Shown piece after piece: positions 13,389 to 25,179 of a stretch of 64,000 nucleotides of DNA; the first letter of the stretch is position 1; each line of letters opens with the position of its first letter. Under the pieces are notes generated by a model. That model did not search any database and had not been told where the DNA came from. It saw only the letters and a list, made by a program, of their open reading frames with translations. The position numbers and the translations under genes are program-made. Source of the stretch: Octopus vulgaris (Eukaryota); contig OX597834.1 of NCBI GenBank assembly GCA_951406725.2, positions 32,612,001 to 32,676,000 of the forward strand. Reading direction: 5' to 3'.

Positions 13389-13409
13389 CATAGATTTGAA
13401 GGATCAGGA
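13389..13409 (-). other. Candidate 21-nt symmetric microexon
   Basis: Minus strand: catgccccaccctcactttcctgtcag|TCCTGATCCTTCAAATCTATG|gtgagc; open in phases 1 and 2. Confidence 0.2.
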
Positions 13410-13479
13410 CTGACAGGAAAGTGAGGGTGGGGCATGAAGTGATCCCTTTTAGTGAATTTGTTAAAAGGTGCATAACTGT

Positions 13480-13849
13480 AGTTGGTTTGTTTACATCCCT
13501 GTAACTTAGTGGTTCAGCAAAAGAGATGAATAAAATAAGTACAACACTTTAGAAATAAGCACTAGGGTTGAATGGTTTGGCTAAACTCTTCAAGAAGGTG
13601 CTCCAGCATGACTGCACTAGGCGTGTGTGTGTGTGTGTGTGTTGCATGCATGCACACACACACACATACACACACATGCACACATATGATGGGCTTCTTT
13701 CAGTTTCCATCTACCAAATCCACTTACAAGACTTTGGTTGGCTAGAGGCTATGGTAGAAGACACTTGCCCAAGGTGCCACGCAGTGGGACTGAACCTGGA
13801 ACCATGTGGTTGGGAAGCAAGCTTCTTACCACACAGCCACGCCTGTGCC
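13480..13849. mobile_element. SINE family A fragments (3' part +, 5' part -)
   Basis: gttggtttgtttacatccctgtaacttag... at 13480 and gggcttctttcagtttcc...ccacacagccacgcc at 13690-13849. Confidence 0.8.
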
Positions 13850-14404
13850 TATAGTGTATTTTTTTTGTTTTTTTTTTCTTTAAATAACAATGGTAATGGT
13901 GAGCTTATTAGAAACTGTTCCTAGGTGGAGCACAAACCATCAGAAAAAGTTAGAAGAGGAAACAAAAAACAGACACATAAAGTCATGAAAAGAAAAACAA
14001 CAGTGGGAGCACACAGTACATGCAGAGTGCACACAATAAAACACAAAAAGACAGAAAAGTGAAGTGTTTTGGTGTTGTTTTTACCCGTGTTGGATGTGGA
14101 GTCCCTCATCCTGTGCCACTACCTTACTATTATGTCTCTAGCGGATGTTTTCGATTTCTGGGGGGCTAAGTTCACCTTGCACCAACGTCAGTCCTCAAGA
14201 CCAGGATATATTCCACAAAAGTTGCTCTCTTGAATGTTTATCCAATTATTCGGGTAATTATTATTGTGGTTGTTGTTGTTGTTGTCGTCACTGTGGTAAA
14301 CATTTTTCATTGGAATGCCACCATTGTGTACATTCTTCTGTGTGTGTGTGTGTGTGTGTGTGCGTGCGAGAGAGTGTATGCATATGTGTGTGTGTGCATG
14401 TATG

Positions 14405-14441
<37 letters not shown>

Positions 14442-14744
14442 GAAACATGGACATGATGATGATGATGTGTGTATATATGTGTGCGTGTATGAGTGTATAT
14501 GTATGTATGCTTATTTGTGAAAGGGACAGAGATAGAGAAAGAATAACGGAGAGAGAGAGAGAGGAGGAGATAGACAGAGAAATGGAAAGAGAGAGGGAGT
14601 GAGAGAGAGACAGAGAGAGAAGAAGAGGGGCAAAGACAGAGAGAGTGGGAAGGAGAGAAAGAAAGAGGACAGAGAGAAAAAGAGGGACAGAAAGAGAGAG
14701 AGAGAGTGTGAGAGACACAGAAAGAAAAGGATAGAGAGAGAGAG

Positions 14745-14785
<41 letters not shown>

Positions 14786-14969
14786 GGAGGCAGATAGACA
14801 GGGGAGGGGGAATAAAAAAAAGAGAAAGAGGAAATATTTTATAAGGCTTTTTTTGTGCTGCCTTAATTAATTAGTTACTGATTACAAAAATCAACAGTAA
14901 TTAACTGAAGCAATTAATTCAATCAATTGTGTTTCGCTCATTTAATAAAGTCTGCTGTTTGTGTTGTCG

Positions 14970-15001
<32 letters not shown>

Positions 15002-15104
15002 GAATACATTCCGCTAATATCTCCCACACAACTGACATATTTTGCAAGTTAACACTGTTAAAAAAAGAAATTCATTGGCAACACCCACCACCAGCACCAC
15101 CACC

Positions 15105-15610
15105 TCCACCATTACCGCTAATAACATTACCCCCCCTCCCCCCGACACACACACACACACACACACACTGCCACCATCGTTGACAACACCACCATGACCA
15201 CCACTGCCGGTGCCGCCACCATTGCCTAACACCATTACTGCTACCACCACCACCACCACCACCACCACCACCACCACCATTACCACTAATAACATTACCC
15301 CCGCCCCCGGTCCGACACACACACATACACACACACACTGCCACCATCAACACAACCATCGCCACCACCATCGTTGACAACACCACCATGATCACCACCA
15401 TTACTGCTACCACCACCACCACCACCACCACCATTACCACTAATAACATTACCCCCGCCCCCGGTCCGACACACACACATACACACACACACTGCCACCA
15501 TCAACACAACCATCGCCACCACCATCGTTGACAACACCACCATGATCACCACCATTACTGCTACCACCACCACCACCACCACCACCACCACCACCACCAC
15601 CACCACCACC
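15105..15610. repeat. ~155-170-bp tandem triplication of a CAC-rich unit
   Basis: ccattacc(a/g)ctaataacattacccc...ccgacacacac...gccaccatc recurs near 15109, 15277 and 15431. Confidence 0.85.
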
Positions 15611-15794
15611 ACCAACATAACTGCCATCACCAACACTATCGCCACCACTACCATCACCTCAACCACCACCATCAACACCTTCACTGCTTTAATTACCACC
15701 ACTACCACTATCACTAAATCTCAATCAGATCAGGTCACATGCAACTAAAACAAGGTCACACACACATGTGCAAAGAGAGAAAGAGAAAAGAAAG

Positions 15795-15832
<38 letters not shown>

Positions 15833-16006
15833 ATGGTTGTGTGGTTGAAAAACTTGCTTCAGTTTGAGGTTTGGTCATCCTGTGTAACACCTTGGTCAAG
15901 TGCCTTCTACTATAGTTCTGGGATGACTAATGCCTCGTGGGACAGAAACCGTGAGGAAGCCTGGCACATGTGTGCACATACATATATATATTTATATATT
16001 CTCTTT

Positions 16007-16336
16007 TACTCTCTTTTACATGTTTCAGTCATTTGACTGCAGCCATGCTGGAGCACCACCTTTAGTTGAGCAAATCGACCCCAGGGCTTATTCTGTGTAA
16101 GCCTAGTACTTATTCTATCGGTCTCTTTTGCCGAACCAGTAAGTCGCAGGGACCTAAACACACCAGCATCAGTTGTCAAGCGATGTTGGGGGGACAAACA
16201 TAGACACACAAACACACATACACATATATATATACATATATACGACGGGCTTCTTTCAGTTTCCGTATACCAAATCCACTCACAAGGTTTTGGCAGGCCC
16301 AAGGCTACAGTAAAAGACACTTGCCCAAGGTGCCAC
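16007..16336 (-). mobile_element. SINE family A, 5'-truncated
   Basis: High identity to the copies at 32527, 37440 and 46648. Confidence 0.9.
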
Positions 16337-16367
<31 letters not shown>

Positions 16368-16673
16368 CGTATGTATAGAGGTGTCTGTATGGGTGCATGT
16401 GTGTAGGAGTCCTTGTGTTTGTCTCCCATCATTATTTGACAACTGGTGCTGGTTTGTTTACATCCCAGTAACTTAGTGGTTCAGTAAAAATAACTATACT
16501 TAATTTAATTTTTTTCCCCTCTGAAGATATCATGCTCAGGTCATATAATAAATAAAATATTTACTTAATATTTACAGAGTATTAATTGAAACAGCTGTAA
16601 GGTATGATGATTAATCTGATGTTAATAATAAACAATTATTAACTTTCCAATCCCCATTTTCTTTTTCTTCTTT

Positions 16674-16717
<44 letters not shown>

Positions 16718-16720
<3 letters not shown>

Positions 16721-16959
16721 CGATCAAACTACAGTCCTGCCCGCCAAATTTGGTTCTGGTGTTCGCTGAATTTTTCCTCTAGAGAATTTCATTGTAGTTT
16801 GATCGTTGATGATCTATTTCTAGCATACGGCTGACTTCCTAGCAGTAAGCCCTGCCAATATACACATATATTAGAATTTTCTCTGACTTCTCAGATTTTT
16901 TGTATGCTAGACCACTGGTTTTAAATTGATATTAAAATTAATATTAATTTATCTCCCTC

Positions 16960-16968
<9 letters not shown>
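16718..16968. mobile_element. (TA)n-embedded Penelope-like remnant with a 15-bp terminal inversion
   Basis: aacgatcaaactaca (16719-16733) is the exact reverse complement of tgtagtttgatcgtt (16793-16807); bounded by TA tracts. Confidence 0.5.
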
Positions 16969-17010
<42 letters not shown>

Positions 17011-17036
17011 TTTATTTAAAAGCAGCAGAAATTCAA

Positions 17037-17085
17037 CAAAACCTGTTACTCTGAGTTTCCCGTTCCCGTTCGTCGGACAGTTTTT
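17037..17085 (-). ncRNA. Antisense twin of the hammerhead motif (one stem II mismatch)
   Basis: Minus strand reads aaaaactgt CCGACGA acg ggaa cgg GAAA ctcagag TA acaggtttt. Confidence 0.5.
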
Positions 17086-17112
17086 GTTTAAAAAAACAAA
17101 CAAAACAAAAAC

Positions 17113-17160
17113 AAAAACTGTCCGACGAACGGGAACGTGAAACTCAGAGTAACAGGTTTT
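17113..17160 (+). ncRNA. Minimal type I hammerhead ribozyme motif with U4C core variant
   Basis: Stem I ctgt (17118-21)/acag (17152-55); core CCGACGA (17122-28); stem II acg-GGAA-cgt; GAAA (17139-42); stem III a-c-t/cag/a-g-t; GUA cleavage triplet ending at 17151. Confidence 0.65.
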
Positions 17161-17257
17161 GTTGAATTTCTGCTGGTTTTAAATAAAGCATATTACTCTA
17201 CCCCTGGTATTTGAGTACTCTTTTTTCCACCTTGTTTCACATTTATGTGTTTACTCC

Positions 17258-17295
<38 letters not shown>

Positions 17296-17425
17296 ATATG
17301 ATATAATGTAATCCTAGATACATTAAGTCTGAACATAAAAAGGGACAAATGGGATAGTCACAGTTGGAATGTCTGAGATCATAAGATTAGCTGGTGCTGC
17401 TGCTACTACTACTACTACTACCACC

Positions 17426-17499
<74 letters not shown>

Positions 17500-18634
17500 C
17501 TATGTACATACATATGCAATGGGCTTCTTTCAGTTTCCATCAACCAAATTGTCTCAGAAAGCATTTGGTAGCTTGGGACTATACCAGAAGACACTGGCTC
17601 AAGTTGTCACAGAGTGGGACTGAACCCAAAACCATATGGTTGAGAAGCAAGCTTCTTACCCATACAGCCACATCTACAGTAGTCTGTGTGTCTTTCATGC
17701 AATTTTCAGGTAGAACCAACATAATGCAATGAGTGACAAGACAGGAACCTTGTGGATTACTGGTACAAGCTACTGAAGAGGCTTCAACACAGTTTCCATC
17801 TACTTGATTTCACTCTCAAGCTAAGGTCCAACTCAGGGATACAGACGCATACAAAAAAAAATGATATTTACCCAAAGTATCTTGCAGCAGGATTGAACCC
17901 AGGACTGCACTGCTGTGAAGCGAATGTCTTTTCACTGCTGTGCCTCGTCCAAAAACAGTATGTCAGTTACAAAAACAGGATAGGGCATGTCTACAACTGG
18001 CTCTTGTTGTGTGTGTATGTGTGTGTGTTTTCGTGTGTGAATGTGTGTGGAAGTGTGTGAATGTGTGTTTGTGTGGATGTGTGTGTGTGTGTGTGTTTGT
18101 GGATGTGTGTGTGTTTGTGGAGGTGTGTGTGTGTGTTTGTGGATGTGTGTGTGTGAAGTGTGTGTGTGTTTTGTGTGTGAATGTGTGTGGAAGTGTGTGA
18201 ATGTGTGTTTTTGTGTGTGTGTGTGTTTGTGGATGTGTGTGTGTGTTTGTGGAGGTGTGTGTGTGTTTGTGGATGTGTGTGAGTGTTTGTGGATGTGTGT
18301 GTGTGTGTGTGGTGTGTGTGAGTGTTTGTGGAGGTGTGTGTTTGTGGAGGTGTGTGTGTGTGTGTAAATAAATATAGGACATCCTGGTTTTAAAGAAAAA
18401 AAAAACCCATTTACATACATCAGCTGATAAACACTCATACATATCGAAAAAATCACCACACCTTTTCTTTGATTTCTTTAAAAGAAAAAGAAAAAAAGAA
18501 AACAAACAAACAAAAAAACAACAAAAACAAACAAAATCCAACGCTAAATGGTGGTGGTGGTGGAGGTAGGACAATCACCATCACCATCATCATCATTGGC
18601 AACCACAACCTTCTGGCCTTGGGCCTCTATTATG

Positions 18635-18812
18635 GTCACCGTTAGCATGTTGGACAAAATGCTTAGCAGTATTTCATTTGCCTTTTGTATGCCGAGTTCA
18701 AATTCTGCTGAGGTCGACTTTGCCTTTCATCCTTTCTGGGACGATGAAATAAGCACGTAATCGACTGGTCCCCTCCCACAAAATTTTAGGACTTGGGCCT
18801 ATCATAGAAAAA

Positions 18813-18844
<32 letters not shown>

Positions 18845-19099
18845 CATTACTAAGGAGGTGAGCTGGCAGAGTTGTTAGCACACCAGGCGAAATGCTGCTA
18901 AGCATTTCGTCTGTCTTTATGTTCCGAGTTCAAATCCCGCCAAGGTCAACTTCGCCTTTCATCCTTTTGGGGCTGATAAAATAAGTACCAGTTGAACACT
19001 GGGGTCATTGTAATCAACTCATCCTCTCCTCCAAAATTTCTGCCCTTGTGGCAAAATTTGAAACCATTATTTTTATCATTATCATTATTATTATTATTA

Positions 19100-19131
<32 letters not shown>

Positions 19132-19357
19132 GTTATTATTATTATTATTATTATTTAAGGTGGTGGGCTTGTGGAATCGTTAGCACACGGGGCAAAATGC
19201 TCTGTGGTATTTCACCTGTCTTTACGTTCTGAGTTCAACTTTGCCTTTCATCCTTTCGGGGTTGATAAATTAAGTACCAGTGAAACATTGCCATCAATGT
19301 AATCAACAAGTCCCCTCCCTCCAAATTTCAGGCCTTGTGCTTTCGTAGAAAGGATGG

Positions 19358-19398
<41 letters not shown>

Positions 19399-20024
19399 AT
19401 TATTATTATTATTATTTCAAGTGGTGAGCTGGCAGGATTGTTAGCATGCTGGGTAAAACTCTTAGTGACATTTTGTCTGTCTTTATGTTCTGAGTTCAAA
19501 TTCTGCCATAGCTGACTTCACCTCTCATGTTTTCGGGGGTCAATGAGTACTGGGGTTGATCTATTCGATCCCCACCAAATTTCAGGCCCTGTGCCTTTGG
19601 TAGAAAGGATTATTCTTAAGGTGGTAAGCTGACAGAATCACTAGAGCATCGGAAAATACACCATTTGATATTTGCTGCAAATCTTGCCACGGTCATCTCT
19701 GTCTTTCATTCCTTTCACAACTGCTAAAATACCTTGTGGAATTTGTTATGGGTCAACTTTGCCTTCCACCCAGTGGGGTCTGATGTAATTGACGGCACCT
19801 GGGGTTGATAGTATAAACTAAAGGCGGCGAAATGCTTAGCGGTATTTCGTCTGCGTTACGTTCTGAGTTCAAATTCCGCCGAGGTCGACTTTGACTTTCA
19901 TCCTTTCGGGGTCGATAAATTAAGTATCAGTTATGCACTGGGGTCGATGTAATCGACTTAATACCTATGTCTGTCCTTGTTTGTCCCCTCTATGTTTAGC
20001 CCCTTGTGGGTAGTAAAGAAATAG
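18635..20024 (+). mobile_element. Cluster of ~5 SINE family B copies separated by (TAT)/(GTT) runs
   Basis: Repeated gagctggcaga...ttctgagttcaaattccgccgaggtcgactttgcctttcatcctttcggggtcgataaattaagtaccag. tRNA B-box-like gagttcaaatcc; the central domain resembles the Meta-type SINE core. Confidence 0.88.
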
Positions 20025-20347
20025 GTATGACCTAATGCCCTCCTCTGCACCAAACTTGCTAACCTTGAGCTTATATCGGAAATAACAGTAATGGTTGCTG
20101 CTGCTACCGCCACTGCTGTTGTAGCAGAAGCAGGGCAGTGGATTGGCAGAACTATTAGAACTTCAGATATAATGCTAAATAGGGAATTTGGCCTAATACT
20201 TTATATTCTGAGTTCAAATCCTGCCTGGATCAACTTTGCCATTCAACTGACCAGGGTCAATAAAATAACACACCAGTCATGTACTGGGCTTAATGTAATC
20301 CCACAAACATTGCTGATCTTTTGGCCTATGGTAAACATTATATATAT

Positions 20348-20505
20348 AGTTAATCCAAACAAGAAAGCACAAAAAAAAGCACAACAATGCGAGGATGTGG
20401 AACAAATATAGTATTATTGGATGCTCAGGAAAGAAGGAAAGAAGGAGGGTTTAACGTTTCGAGCAGAGCTCTTTGTCGGAAACATAGGAGAAGGGAAGAC
20501 AGAGG
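20348..20505 (-). mobile_element. Penelope-like pseudo-LTR (family P1) with decayed hammerhead
   Basis: Minus strand: atgttt CCGACAA a gagc tct gctc GAAA cg TT aaac; adjacent to a TA tract; homologous to 53850-54042. Confidence 0.6.
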
Positions 20506-21241
20506 GAAAAAACAGGCTTCTTCCAGTTTCTGTCTACCAAATCAACTCACAAGGCATTGGTCCCACCAAAAACTATAGCAGAAGACACTTGCCTAAGGTG
20601 CCACACAGTAGGACTGAACCTGAAACTACATGGTCGAGATGCAAACTTCTTACCACATGGCCCTGCCTGCACCTTCCCTACATACACACACACACACACT
20701 CCTACATTTCCATTTCCTATGAAATGGAATGAAAACAGGCGTTGCCTGTAGCCCCCATGCTGGTTCCCTAAGGGTCCATGGACCCACTTTTTAAGGGTGT
20801 TATCAATGTCACTTAATGATCACCAACCACATGTATGGTTCCACCTTCCCACCCACCCCTTTAAGCCAACACAGACACATTCATCAAACAAGCACCCACC
20901 CATTTGTCACAGTAACTTGCATGTGTTGGTGGTGGCGATGACAGTAACACACACACACACAGACACACACACACACGCAGATGTGTGTGTGTGTGTGTCT
21001 ATGTGCATGTCCGTGTCCGTGTGTGTGTGTGTGTAGCATATATTAACACATACATATTCATATAGACACACATACGACTATATCATATCACTTATTGTCA
21101 CATACATATTACACACGACACACACTCGCACATTCGGATACAGACAACGTCACACAAACACACACGCAGAGACGTACACAAATATACACACATACTACAT
21201 ACATTCATATACACTCATACATTGAGACATACACAATGTCA

Positions 21242-21278
<37 letters not shown>

Positions 21279-21536
21279 TTAGGCTTCTGTTTACAAGCGC
21301 TTGTAACAGAATATGATAAACAATGTGTCAAAGTATAAAGCCATGCTAGATAGGTGTCCACACAAAAATATATAAATATATAATAGAGCAATTATATACA
21401 AACACACACACACACACACATCCACCTACAAACACATACATACATACATACAAATACATGTATACACACAATGTTATAAATATGACAAATGATTGCGTCG
21501 TGGTTGATACTCTGAGCTCATGTTCAACAACACAGG

Positions 21537-21580
<44 letters not shown>

Positions 21581-21647
21581 CACATACATACTGTATTTAT
21601 ATACCCACACATACACACAAGTTGAGAGATATTATATATAATACTAG

Positions 21648-21689
<42 letters not shown>

Positions 21690-21778
21690 CTATACACAAA
21701 TGGATGGAAGCCTATATCAAATAGGAAAAAATTGCATACAATATAGAAAATGTGTACATATATATATATACACACACA

Positions 21779-21829
<51 letters not shown>

Positions 21830-22123
21830 GTATATACATATATATATATATACATATATACATATATAAATATATATATACACACATACAAATATATATA
21901 AATATATATATATATATACATACATATATATAAATTTATATATATATACATATATAAATATATATATATATATACATACATATATACATATATAAATATA
22001 TATATATACATATATACATATATAAATATACATACATATATACATATATAAATATATATATATACACATACATATATATATATATACATACATATATATA
22101 TATACATACATATATATATATAC

Positions 22124-22186
<63 letters not shown>

Positions 22187-22395
22187 TATATACACACACA
22201 TATACACACACACACACACATATATATATATACACACACACACAAGTTGTATATGTTTTCAGCAAAGATAATTTAATATGCTTTAAACAATCAGAACAAA
22301 TAGATAAATAAATATAAAAGACAACAACAACAACAACAACAAAAAAGACAAAAATATAACAAAAGGAAAACAAAAAAAAAATGCTGAATACTTAC

Positions 22396-22587
22396 TGTTT
22401 AAACGAATGCTAGGGAATATACACACGCAGATGCACATATATATAAGCGCACTTATATATACACAGAAATATATATTTATGTTGGTATGTAATTTGTTGA
22501 AAGGACCTTCAAATTGTATGAGTTATTAATCCTTTAGAGGGCACAGAATCCCTTAAAAAACATCCCACAGCATACAAGAGTCGAAAT
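22396..22587 (-). other. Candidate non-coding (5'UTR or lncRNA) exon, 192 nt
   Basis: Strong acceptor ttttcttttttcatattttttccag| and consensus donor aaca|gtaagt bracket a unique island; all three frames contain stops. Confidence 0.4.
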
Positions 22588-22637
22588 CTGGAAAAAATAT
22601 GAAAAAAGAAAACGTTCAGAAAAGCAACATCAAAATC

Positions 22638-22682
<45 letters not shown>

Positions 22683-22693
22683 CATCATCATCA

Positions 22694-22990
22694 TTTAACG
22701 TCCGTTCTCCATGCTAGCAGGGGTTGGACGGTTCAACTGGGGTCTGGGAAGCCAGAAGGCTGCACCAGGCCCAGTCTGATCTTGCAATGTTTCTACGGCT
22801 GGATGCCCTTCCTAACACCAACCACTCCATGAGTATAGTGGGTGCTTTTTACATGCCACCGGCACAGGTGCCAGATGAGTCTGGCAAACAGCCACGATCG
22901 GATGGTGCTTTTTATGTGCCACCGGCACAGGGGCCAGGCGAGGCTGGCAACGGCCATGAACGGATGGTGCTTTTTACGTGCCACCGGCAC
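22694..22990 (+). mobile_element. Interspersed repeat family C (SINE-like) with ~2 internal 66-bp units
   Basis: tttaacgtccgttctccatgc...ggatgcccttcctaacaccaaccactcc...ggtgctttttacgtgccaccggcac; homologues at 26400-26690 (-), 47840-48060 (-), 51300-51550 and 56850-58400. Confidence 0.8.
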
Positions 22991-23012
22991 AATAATAATA
23001 ATTAATAATAAC

Positions 23013-23049
<37 letters not shown>

Positions 23050-23074
23050 TTAATAATAATAATAATAATAATCT

Positions 23075-23305
23075 TTTCTACTGGAGTCACAGGGCCTGAA
23101 ATTTGTGGGGAGAGGGCTAGTCAATTACAGCGACCCCAGTGTTTCGCTGGTACTTAATTTATTGACCCTGAAAAGGATGAAAGGCAAAGTCAACCTTGGT
23201 GGAATCTGAACTCAGAACGCAAGAATGGGTGCAATGCCGTGAAGCACTTCATCCAGCATGCTAACGATTCTGCCAGCTCACCACCTAAAATAACAACAAC
23301 AACAA

Positions 23306-23349
<44 letters not shown>

Positions 23350-23575
23350 ATAATAATAATCCTTTCTACTATAGGCACAAGGCCTGAAATTTGTGGGGAG
23401 GGGAGTAGTCGATTACATCAACCACAATGTTTCACTGGTACTCAGTTCATTGACCCTGGAAGAACGAAAGGCAAAGCCGACCTCGGTGGAATTTGAACTC
23501 AGAACACAAGAATGGGTGAAATGCCGCTAAGCATTTCGTCCAGCGTGCTAACGGTTCTGCCAGCTCGCCACCTTA
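23075..23575 (-). mobile_element. Two SINE family B copies, reverse orientation
   Basis: Both end in gctaacg(a/g)ttctgccagctc(a/g)ccacct. Confidence 0.88.
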
Positions 23576-23585
23576 AATAATAATA

Positions 23586-23621
<36 letters not shown>

Positions 23622-23645
23622 TTGATGATGATGATGATGATGTTG

Positions 23646-23677
<32 letters not shown>

Positions 23678-23690
23678 GATGTTGATGATG

Positions 23691-23722
<32 letters not shown>

Positions 23723-24001
23723 GGTGATGATGATGATGATGGTAATGATGATGATGATGATGTTGATGATGATGTTGATGATGATGATGATGATGATGAT
23801 GATGTTGTTGATAATGATGATGTTGATGATGATGATGATGATGTTGATGATGATGATGTTGATGATGATGATGGTGATGATGATGGTGATGATGATGATG
23901 ACAATGATGATGATGATGATGATGATGATGATGTTGATGATGATGGTGATGATGATGATGATGATGATGTTGATGATGTTGATGATGATGATGATGATGA
24001 T
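23586..24001. repeat. ~415-bp (GAT)n microsatellite with GTT/GGT interruptions
   Basis: Directly visible; source of the poly-Met and poly-Ser pseudo-ORFs. Confidence 0.97.
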
Positions 24002-24003
24002 CT

Positions 24004-24130
24004 GAAGGTACAGTGAGCCAAGAAATTAAAAGTGCTGCGGAAAAGATAGGTATGAGAATGAAAACAGAGCAGATTCAGAAAAAGACAGCATTATTTAGCA
24101 GAGTAAAGAGTTAAGTGCAGAGTTTGTGAG
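24004..24130 (+). pseudogene. Old, decayed Dong/R4-like endonuclease C-terminus fragment
   Basis: Translates to EGTVSQEIKSAAEKIGMRMKTEQIQKKTALF, which aligns by eye with the LG..../IQK.ALLGT motif at 61997-62146. Confidence 0.35.
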
Positions 24131-24229
24131 ACTTGGAAAGAACACATGACCTTAATTTAGACTAAGTGAACAGCTGGTACATTAATCATACTCTCAGCCG
24201 CAAGCTGAGTGTGTGAGAACTGGCTGGGC

Positions 24230-24720
24230 TGTCAGTTGGTTATGACAATGAGTGTTCCAGCTGATCCGATCAACAGAACAGCCTCCTCTTGAATATGACA
24301 TGCCAGTGGCTGAGTACTCCACAGGCGTGTAGCCTTAACCCTTTAGTATTTAAACCGGCCATATCCGGCCAAAATAGCTCATCTGTTTTATGTTCAAACT
24401 GACCAGATCCAGGCTCTCACACCTACCCTACAATGTTATTCTACATTAAGTAATTACATCATCAAGATCTTGAAGGTATGAGATAATGCATGATTAATTC
24501 AAATCAATGGGAATCAATAGGCATTATGTTTGATTGAATAATCTGAACACTAAAGGGTTAATGTAGTTCTCAGGGAGATTCAGAGAGGCACAGAATTTAA
24601 CAAGACTGGCCCTTTGAAATACAAGTACGACTCATTTTCCCCACCAGCTGAGTGAAATAAAGTGTCTTGCTCAAGAACACAACACACCACTGGGAGTTGT
24701 GCTCAAGACCTTATGATTGC
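24230..24720 (-). mobile_element. SINE family D carrying a nested piggyBac-type MITE
   Basis: Family D sequence resumes (tgtagttctcagggagattcag) immediately after the MITE's second TTAA. Confidence 0.8.
24339..24557. mobile_element. piggyBac-type MITE, 219 bp, TTAA target-site duplication
   Basis: TTAA (24335-38)-ccctttagtatt ... aacactaaaggg-TTAA (24558-61). Confidence 0.85.
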
Positions 24721-25179
24721 TTACTGAAGACCAGCAGTTGCCCATGCATACCAGCAAACTCTCTCCACCCCACCGATGTTATCCAAGGGTAAGGCAAAGG
24801 GGCCGATACAGCTCGGCACCAGTGATGCCACAACTGATTTCTACAGCTGAGTGAACTGGAGCAACGTGCAATAAAGTGTTTTGCTCAAAAACACAACACA
24901 CACCCCAGTCTGAGAACTGAACTCAGAACCCCATGATTGGGAGCTCGATGCTCCACCCACTGAGCAGTGTGTCTTTCACATAAAATACTTACAATAATAA
25001 TTACAAGCATTATTAATAATTATAATAATACATTTTAATTTGGGCACAAATCCAGTAATTTTGAGGGCAGGGAGCAAGTTGATTATATCAACCTCAGTAC
25101 ATGACTGGTACTTTATCAAGCACAAAGAAATGAAAGGCAAAGTTGAGCTAATACACCTTACATTATTCAATAACTGAAG

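Larger units (their letters stand above)
17010..17260 (+). mobile_element. Penelope-like pseudo-LTR remnant (family P2) with an inverted ~80-bp duplication, inserted in (TA)n
   Basis: Arms 17010-17089 and 17109-17188 are reverse complements with 2 mismatches. The right arm continues to 17260 and contains a hammerhead motif. Confidence 0.7.

Noticed and set aside
23548-24021. Poly-Met and poly-Ser ORFs
   Set aside because: Translations of a (GAT)n microsatellite.
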